NCBI RefSeq assembly: GCF_009914755.1
Contig: NC_060929.1
Direction: 5' to 3' (one strand)
Length of the DNA stretch: 64,000 nucleotides
Source of the DNA: the human T2T-CHM13v2.0 reference genome, Homo sapiens
Under the pieces are notes generated by a model. That model was not told where the DNA came from. It saw nothing but the letters and a program-made list of their open reading frames with translations, and searched no databases. A program made the position numbers and the translations under genes. Below, in pieces: positions 49,956 through 64,000 of the stretch. The first letter of the stretch is position 1. Every line of letters starts with the position of its first letter.

Positions 49956-51504
49956 TCTTGATACAAAAAATAATGTTTCACATCAGAACCTTTCAATACA
50001 TTTAAACATGATTTGAGCAATAGCTTCATAGATTGTTGTTTTCATTTTTGTTGTCCCCCATAAACATGTAAATACAAAGAATCTGAGACTTTTTAAATCA
50101 AGATGTTGGAGAGAGCAGGTAGTATAAGATAAAGAAATAAGGAAATGAATCAAATAATATTTGAACTGTTTTTATTTAGTCTTTCCAGTTAACAAAAACC
50201 AGTGGATTCTTTCTTATCTGGCTCAACAAAACTATGCACTATTATAAATCTCAACACATAAAAAAAAAAAAATTGTAATGGCCGAAAAAAGCAATGGCAT
50301 GGGCTTTGTCTTGATTCTATAAACGTTTTGCAATTTTCACATTGCAATAAATAAACATTTAAAATTGTATAAGTAGTTTATTGTCAAATAATACATATAA
50401 AAATCTGAAATAATTTCCCTTATAAAGTTAATACATGAATTGAAAAAACATTTTTGTAATGCAGGATTGTATCACTTGTTTTTGTACTTTGGCTTTCTAC
50501 TGACTCAAAAATAACTTAGGTTTTAATACATGTCAGTTATGAGCTAAATTAGATTAATCATTATATTTTTCCAAATAGCAATCTGCCCTCATTGCAATTT
50601 GTTTTTTCCTGTTTTCCTTTTTCTCTTCAATTGTAGCTGTGACTCAGATAAAGCATTAGCTCTTTCAGAATCTGTACTTATACCAATGGACCAGTCTTTT
50701 AAAAAATAAATGACTTTTTAGAGTAAACATTTTTCCCATTTTTAATTTAAAAATAGTCATTTTAATTTTTAAGAAATATCAGCTATTAAATAAAATTAAA
50801 TCGGAGTGATGAATACCTTTTAATCATTTTATAGTCCTATCCAGACTTACTAAGTCTGTAAAAGTCACTAGCTATGAAAAGCAAATTGCTTTAACAACCA
50901 TCTCAGAAACATATTTATTTGAACAAGGGTGCATTTAAGACTTTAAATAGTTAATAGTAAATGATTCTATAGCAATTTCACAAACATTATTATGCAATTA
51001 ACTATTAAAGGAGACCTTAACATAAACAAGAGGGCAGTAAGACATTTAGCATTTAGTTATGTGGTAACAGGACACCTAGAAAACCTCTGTTATCAGTCTT
51101 TGTAGAGTCAAATCTTGAAATCTCAGTAGAGAACCTCTACAGAGAGAATGCGTTGGCTAGCTAAAGCTATGGCTAAAGAACTTCAAACCTGCAGAGACTG
51201 AGACTTCTTGGTTTGACCCAATGGAAGACACTTATTAACTGAAGTGAACTCAAGCAAGGAAAGAAAATAAAAACAAATTGAATTTTTTAATATATTTATT
51301 TAATAAAGGTTCAGAACAACAGAAGTTTGCATCCAACATCCATGTGTATGAAGACTCTGTAATATAACTGGGCTAATACAGATTACCATCATGGTCTCTA
51401 CTAATTAAAGAACTCCAAAATGGAAAGTTACAAAAGATTTCTTGGTGCGCTAAAGCTGGTTTTCCTTCTCTTCTTGAGATAGAAAAATAGGAAGTTTTAA
51501 TTTA

Positions 51505-51700
51505 TATAGTGGGAAGCAGACTGAACTATGAACTAGGAAATCAGTTTGAGACCCTTCTGATCAAACTGATCATAGTGGACAAATCTTCCCATGATAGTGG
51601 ACAAATCTTTTCATTTCTTTTGACTTTTCATCTGTAAAAAGTCAGGTTTGATGATTTTATTATATAATTCTTATTATTCCTTCTGGCTCTAAATTTCAAT
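51505..51700 (+). mobile_element. MIR relic with a short internal duplication
   Basis: ttttcatctgtaaaa...ttccttctggctctaaatttcaatga. The 16-mer atagtggacaaatctt occurs twice (51572-51587, 51594-51609). Confidence 0.55.
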
Positions 51701-51863
51701 GACCCAATGCACTGATTGATATTTTTCTTTTAAGAAAGCGCATTACCAAAATGCACTCTAATTACAAAAAAAAAATACATTATTTGAAATGGACTAAATA
51801 TAAACATGTGGAGAGTGTAACATAATATGAATATGCATATATGGATAATAGAGATGCTATGCG

Positions 51864-52007
51864 CACATATATATGTTTAATCCATTGTATTATTGGATAA
51901 TAAAATTAAATAAAATTAAAATATATGTTTAATCCATTGTGTTATTGGATTAAACATATATATGTGTAATATATTGTAATGTGTAATACAATAATATTAT
52001 TGTATTA
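51864..52007. repeat. Cluster of inverted repeats, direct repeats and a perfect palindrome
   Basis: 21-bp perfect inverted repeat (51864-51884 / 51946-51966), 30-bp direct repeat (51869-51898 / 51921-51950, one mismatch) and a 24-bp perfect palindrome (51984-52007). Confidence 0.95.
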
Positions 52008-53849
52008 TTGTAAAACAATTTAATTTACTTATTCAAAGTTAATTGTCAATTTTTCATTAACAAATAAATTAACATTACATTAAAAATTCTCATTTTTTAT
52101 CGACTAATAGGTTCTGAATAATGCTAAATAAAACTGGCAAGTATTCATACTACATATTCTAAAATATTATCCTTCTTAATTATACATCTAACTAAATTTT
52201 AAATGAATTTCAAGTAACTATAAATAATTATCTTTATCTGCCTCAAAGAGATACAATATATGAATTGCATAATTTGTGTTATTAATTCAATCTCTTTGGC
52301 TCTAAAGATGAATCAAGCTAAAGATGTAGAATTGTACAAATATCCATCAAATGGCCATCTCATCTTTTTTGTGAACATATCGTGACATTTAGTTTTCATT
52401 TCTCTACATCATCTACTAATTCTAATCCCAGCAGAAGGGAGAAAATAATGTTTAGGGGCTAGCTTTTCACCATATTCTAATAGTAACAAAAGGACTAGGA
52501 CATCAGTCTTGGATAATGAGTTTGGGGGATTGATAGCTCATAAAAGCTTATGAATTTATCTTGAGAAGTAGTTTGAGAGGTCAGCTTGTCTCTTTCAACT
52601 TATAATGAGACTGGCAACTAAACTATCTAAATTGATGGTATCTTATCCTATTGCAAATGACCTTGAGCCAAGATAATTCCATTTATTTTCTTTATAACCC
52701 AGTATAATAAAAATCTAGTCATGGTGGCTGGAGCTATGTAAATTTACCCTCCTTCAGCAATGACAGAGGTTATTGCTATATGGAAGAAAAAGTGAAGCAA
52801 ATTTTCAACAGTACTTAATTTACTATTAGAAAATAATTTTGAAACACTTCAAAGGTGCCAAAGAAATACCACTTTACTAAAACTCGGGCTGAATACAATA
52901 AAGACTATATGTGAGCAAAGTCATCAGCATTCTCTACATGCTTTTTCTGTTATTCTCTTCAGTCTAAGAGCACATGGCCACATCCCTCCAAAGTCAGCTC
53001 TGTAAGATGTTCTATCCAAAACCTATAATGAAAGTCCTGCCCAAAATTCTGCATCCTCCAACTACTCAGCACACAACTATGAAAGACATGATGCTTAGCC
53101 ATTTACAATAGCCTGGTTTTGATTCCAATTTAAAGGGAAGTGTCAATATTTATCCACACCATAAAAACTTCTTCATCATTTTCTTGTTTATTGTCATCAT
53201 TCAGGTTTGAAACATTTAAGGATTTAGTGGCTTTTCCTGTTTTTTCAATTTCCACATCCAATTATTTGACAACTTCAAGTTTTTCTGATCCAGGCTTATT
53301 CCTCTATCAAGTTTTGCATAATTTCATAAGTATGTACATTCTCTGGCATCAACGACCAAGAATTCAACAAATTCTCAGAGGAGTTCTGAACAAACTACCT
53401 ACCTAAATAAATAAACAAATGTATGGAACATTGCATACATTCTCACTACTAGTTATCTAATTCTGTTCTTCAGCCATCAGTCTTATTTCTCCAATTTATA
53501 ATATACCCTACTGACACAGAAGCTCATTGTCATCACTCACTTGCCCATTAAAACAAAACCAGGATAAAACCGTAATATCAATATCATCATAAGCCACGGT
53601 CCAGCATGGCAACAAATGGGGCACCAGGTAAATAGCAATATATTTTCCTGGTTAAAAATGCATGTGATTATCATTTATGTAGCTGATGGTATATACATAT
53701 CATTGTGTAGGAGATTTGTGTTTTTCTTTTTGAGTGATCAGGGTATAAACACCTTTTCACCTAGAAATGAAAAATGTGAGAGTGTCACTTTCCTGAGCTT
53801 TCTTGGATTTAGGACAAAATAAGTCATACATAGCCTCAACCAACCAGAG

Positions 53850-54267
53850 TTCTTGAAGCCTCAATTCTCCAGCAGCTCAAATGAAAACTAAGGATGAAAA
53901 GATGAAGCAGAAGCTGAGCAGCATCAATTCTGTCAAGAATGGTATAAGTGACAATAATAATGGCTCATTCAATTTTCAGAGGCATCAATTGCTGATTCAA
54001 AAAGAGGCACTGTGTGCCCAAAGTTGGTGATGTTGGAAATACAAGCTGCAGTGTCTGTGACCAGAGGCAGTTGCCATGGTGTTTTCACAGGATCAGGTCC
54101 ACAGAGAGATCTGAAGCCCTGCTTCTGGCTGAGTAGCTTCCTTGTCCCATTTTCTTGAACTCTCAAAAATTCTGTGAGCTTCATAATATCCTTTTAAGAA
54201 ATTCATTTACTACTTACACTACCAAAAGCTGGTTTCTGTTGCTTGCAAAGAGTACCCTGAATGATGT
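53850..54267 (+). mobile_element. Old MLT1-type MaLR LTR
   Basis: 3' end gctggtttctgttgcttgcaaagagtaccctgaatgat is typical of older MLT1. The 5' boundary is uncertain. Confidence 0.6.
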
Positions 54268-54504
54268 AGTGGCTGTTTAAGACTACATGTAAATAAAGAA
54301 GTCTGCCTTATGTCTTGTAAAAAGTAAAGAAATAATTTAAAATGCCCGACTTAATCCTCCACAATACAACAACAAAATGAAATACTTACCAAAGGCCCTT
54401 TCTTTGCCAACTGGAACTTGAAGTTTTAACTATCAGGAAAAGTAAAAATGAGTGAGTGGACTTGAATAATGTTCACATTTATGTTTGTCACTTAAAAATT
54501 TGAT

Positions 54505-58460
<3,956 letters not shown>

Positions 58461-60699
58461 TCTTGGGCAATTAGTTTTTCAGATAGCTAAAATACTCTGT
58501 TTGTGTGTCATATGTTTTTAGAATCATAACTTTTGTAATAGATTTTGTATCTGTTTTTATCTTGTCAATTCAAATATCTAATTATTTATAACCTCAGGCA
58601 AAGAACATAGCATTTTAATCTGCTCACGAAGAAAAAGAAAATACATAACATGTCTCCTCTGAATCCATCATTATGTATGACGAATAAAGCATGATCCTTG
58701 CCCTCAAGAAAGCTTTCTGCCTAGTTTAGAATATAGAAATGAAAAGAGTCAACATGAAGTAGCAAAGTGGCCAACATTGTCTAAAGAAAGACGGTGAAAA
58801 ATGCATGTATCATTAATGAAAATTTTCCATTCGATTTTTATAAGCTCTTATTGAAGTCAAAACCAAAACTGTCTTACTATCATTCCCTAGATTTTAGAAA
58901 CTTGCAAAGTTTATAAATGAATAGTAAAAAGAATTTCAAATGTAATATTCAAACTTCTGTAAAGGTATTTTCTTGAATGGAACAAGGGATATACCGCTAT
59001 TAGCTGTATTTCTTTTACAATCACGATCTCAAATCATGCCTGTGACATATAGATGCTGCTGTTAAAAAGTTAGCATTCTTCTTTATGATTTTTTAACCAA
59101 ATAGCTTTGAGAGAAATTTATCTTTACTTCTCAATTAAGGGAAGGAATTTTTAAATAATGTTAACAGCTCAAATAATAGGTAAAGGTGCCTTTTATCTGA
59201 AGGTCCAAGCTGAATAAAATGCCTTGAAAATAAAAAAGGAGTAGAACAAAGAAACAAAATATTTTAACAGTGAGCCTTTTTCTCCAGTATGGGATCTCAT
59301 ACTTCTGCTAGTTCTGCCACTTTCATTCATTTAGCAGTTTTCACCGTCTCCAACTGATTGCCAGATGCCTATGACAATATTTCTGTGTGTACACATTAAG
59401 CAAGATTGTTGTTGTTATGCCTTATTCTTTATTTATGTTAATGAGGCAGAATCTATACACTGGAGAGCAGGAAATTTTCCATCCTGATGGATAAATAACA
59501 TCTGTGGAAATTTTAAACATTCAAAATGTGTCTGTCTTGAGCAGCATGAGCCACCAAATTTTAATGACAGACATACAAACACATTCATCCAGAACTACCT
59601 GACTGGATTAAAAATTCCTATCCTATTAAAATAATATGTGATGCTCTCTGTGCAGGCGTAATTGGTATTGATGTGGGAGATGAAGTATCAGTGTAATATT
59701 CCACGATTAGTTGTGCAGATCTGTTCAGTCCCCCTTACAAGCTCAAAGCTATGAATAGATTCAGTGAGTTAAATCTCAAAAGCCATTCAGATGGGATTCA
59801 GGCATTATTCTTTAATCATTATTAAAACTGAAGTCTACAGTGGGAGGGGGAAGTGGAGGATGAAAGCAAGGCTGAACTAATCATACTCTTATTCAGTCTC
59901 TCAGGGAGTCTTAATTTAAGCATTTTTTCTCCTGGGGTGACTCTGTCCCTCTACTCCACTTTCCCCGAAAAGACAGAGCTATCCCATGACTATGGTCCTC
60001 ACAATGAAGTTCTTTTTTTCTTTATTTATTTGCTATTAATTTAAATTATTATGGCTGTGTTACATCTTCGTTTCAGTCCAGTACTGTGGTGCAAGTTGTA
60101 ACATTTCTGTTTTCATTTCAGAAAGCTTCTGTTATTTCTATCTGTGGATAAGGTATAGGAGAGGAGGGGAAATAAAGTGAAAGAGTTGTTAGCTTTTCAA
60201 TGCAGTTATTGCTTGAAGTTAAAATATGCATATGCCTGTCTGCCCCAATCCAGAATAACAACACTAGATTTCCTATGTTAAAAGATACAATAAAAAGTAA
60301 TATTTTAAAAAATAAGTTTTATTAATACCAGTAAAATTATTTTTTTAAATAAGAATTGCCCAGTTAGAAATAATTTCAAGTATCTCATGGAATTCAATAA
60401 ACTTTATTTAGTAAAATAAACGAAATTTATCCATTGTATAGAACATAAGAATGGCTTCTAAACTATCTTTATGCATCTGGCTAGATGGGAAAACGCTCTT
60501 TCATTCAATAGTGAAGTTATCTCTTGTAAAATCAAACAGATTTAACCACCTCTAACTGCTGATGTGAATAGTTTGGGCCAAAGAGCAGACTTATGGATTC
60601 AATTGTCATTTTTGGCTTCTAAAATAGAGCCAATCTGCCAAATAATAATAATGGTCCATGTCTGTACTTTGCTTTACGCGTATTATCTCACCCCTCATG

Positions 60700-60965
60700 T
60701 CACAGCCTAAGCGGCACTTCCTCCATGCCACTTTTTCACCTGCCCCTGTGTTAAGCTTTGTATGCCCAGAGCAGCATTTAATTTTCCCATGGCTATGCTA
60801 CTGCAATTACAGTTACATTTTAGATTCCAGTGAACTGTCTCACTTACCCATTAGGCCACCTTTATGCCTACGCCATTCAAAATTTATTGAGGTAATAAGT
60901 GGAGTGCCTGGCACATGGTACCCCATTATAAATATTTCTAATATTGTTGTTGACAGAATGGAAAG
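60700..60965 (+). mobile_element. L2 3' relic
   Basis: gagtgcctggcacatggta...ataaatattt...tgttgacagaatg. Confidence 0.55.
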
Positions 60966-63086
60966 AGATTCAGAGAGAATAAGTGAATATCAAGACAAGA
61001 CAGAGAGTCAGAAAGTCCCAAATGCCAGAGCCAGAAGCAGAACCCAATCTAGAACAGCTTTGCTGGGACTAGAATTTGTCACTGCTAGCATACTGCTTTC
61101 CCCACAACATGGTCTCCCTCTCTGGGCTGTGGACAGAGACAAAGATTACATTTGGCAGTTGGCTACAATGCAGACATCATGAAATGTTCTCCTTATTTTA
61201 GATGCATTTCATTCTCAGAAAGGAATATAAAAGATTAATTTAAAAGACCAAAAGTGGCAAAGCTGAAATAGTTTAAGGAACAATATAAACAAAAATAATA
61301 ATCCTGCCAATCTAACAATTTATGTCACCTTGTTGCTTTTTTTTCTGAGCAGACTAGCTACTTAAAAGCATGCTTTGAATTCAATTTCCACATAATGTAA
61401 GCTCCTCTAGGAGATGAATATTCATCAACAATTAGTATTTCTAAGGATGCCTAGCTTGCTCTGTATCTCCTTGTAGAGCACTTCATAAAAACAGGTATTA
61501 TCATTTATCACTATTTATTTTGCCCCAGATGTGAATTTTAATGTATCTAAAAGGGCTTTTGCTTAGATACTGAGAACACTGCCCTTTTTTTTTTTTCTTT
61601 TCCCATACTGGCCCAAAGACTCTCAGAATAGGGTAGATTACCCTTAATTACTAGAGGGTGTAAAAACAAATTCCCACAAATATGGTTAATTTTCTTTCAA
61701 TTTCTGAGACTACTGGAATTAATCCAAACACTAAAAGTTTATGTCCAGGCCATTTGCTGAAATAATGCTATGTACATTTTCTAAATGCCTAATTGATTGA
61801 AAAGTATATTACAAAACTGTTTTTCACTTATTCTGCAGCTGTGCATTCATGGTGTTTTGTTTAAAGAAAAAAAAAAGTCTTCTCAGGAATTAATTGACAC
61901 AAGCCAGAACTTAGTGGCCAATTTAAGCACTATCTTTCATTTTCTATAAGATCCACTTTGTGAATAAGTAGCTCCATTATCCTCAAACCCTAGCAATTTA
62001 GGATGTGAATACCACGTGAAATGTGACATTTTCTTATCCTGCAATACCTACTTGAAAATGAATAAGTGCTAAATTTTGTTTTGCCTAGGAATTAAATGCT
62101 AATAACCTGTCTGTCTTGATGCAGACTCCAGACAAGATTCTAATATGACAAATCCAGGAGTTAATTCATCCTGTTATCTACATTCCTGAAACTAAACTAC
62201 AACACGGATCTTTTGTTATATAATTTACATCGAGTCCCTAAAAGATATATGAATTGAACAAGATGATTTTATATGTATATTACTTAAGATTTGCAATTCT
62301 GCTCAGGAGAGTCTATTAACTCGTGTATGGCCCAGCAGTTTTTTTAAACAAAAGGAAAGAAAAAGAAAAATGAGCCCAAGGCTATCAAATTATCATTTGA
62401 TCATTCCAAGTGAGATTATTTCCTTCTGATCCCGACTCAGGTTTCTTCTTTATATTAAATTGAACAAAATGAAATACAATGATACAACTACAACTTTAGC
62501 ACAAGTAAATATATACATATTTTTTCCAGAGTTTATTTTTAGTTGAACTCAACCCTACAAGTCTTGGGAATCAGAAAACAAACAAGTCATTCATAGATGC
62601 TTCTCTCAAAAACTTAAAATATAATTGAGAAACCCACACCCAGTTGTGATTTTAAAAAGCTGAATATGAGAAGAGTAAATGTATAGAGAGCTTTGGTAGC
62701 ACAAATGAGAACATTACTTCAAATGGAGAATATTATACATGAATCATTGATTCACAGAATGAGTGGGTCCCTGAGCAGGAAATAGAAGGAAGGCTAAAGA
62801 ATTATGACGCATAAATGTAGAAGAGGGAAAAGCTGAGGAAAAGCACAGTATGAACACAAACACGTCAGGTGGATTTGGGAACAAATTATATTACCTCATT
62901 AGCTTAAACATAAAGTAGATCAAATAGAGTAGGAGACACGTATGGAAGTGCTACCACTGGCAGAAAAACCTATCCTTCCTCCTCCTTCTTTACCTGACAC
63001 AACCTTCTCTTCCATTCTCTAGCTCCTTCAGTGAACAGTCCTATTTGCCCCTCAACATCCAGGCACCTGAAGCTGCAACAAGAGTA

Positions 63087-63951
<865 letters not shown>

Positions 63952-64000
63952 TGCAAACTAAGCTCTGTGTTCATACTGAGTGTCCAGAGTCTAAGCTGGC

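Noticed and set aside
53050-53550. Possible antisense L3/CR1 relic (also ~10240-10510) and a MER5-like scrap at ~1500-1580
   Set aside because: The resemblance is too weak to call without an HMM search.
60658-61182. 174-aa ATG-initiated plus-strand ORF
   Set aside because: It has no recognisable domain, overlaps an L2 3' relic, and has no promoter or splice support.

Overview
This is AT-rich primate genomic DNA, most likely hominoid given the AluY, L1PA3/4-type and MLT2A-type elements. It reads as intergenic or deep-intronic sequence made mostly of interspersed repeats. I see no protein-coding gene, CpG island, RNA gene or processed pseudogene; every long ORF in the track is LINE-1 ORF1/ORF2, antisense LINE-1, Alu-derived, or chance. 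The main contents are: (1) a near-full-length but inactivated L1PA3/4-type element (15.6-21.5 kb, minus) that keeps the ZNF93-bound 5'UTR segment but lacks its extreme 5' end; (2) an old TSD-flanked L1MA2/3-type element with a ~2.1 kb internal deletion (23.7-29.55 kb); (3) two L1MC elements, one holding three Alus and one holding a 2 kb L1PA; (4) eight Alus, MaLR/ERVL/ERV1 solo LTRs, MER1A, and L2, L3 and MIR relics. I found no evidence of a new biological system. The most interesting signals not explained by repeats are local rearrangement scars: a perfect nested tandem duplication (22 bp inside 70 bp) at 46867-47008, a fold-back/palindrome cluster at 51864-52007, and a mosaic of ancient dispersed duplications at 38.7-41.1 kb. 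Repeat subfamily names come from remembered consensus motifs, not a database search, and boundaries of old elements are approximate.
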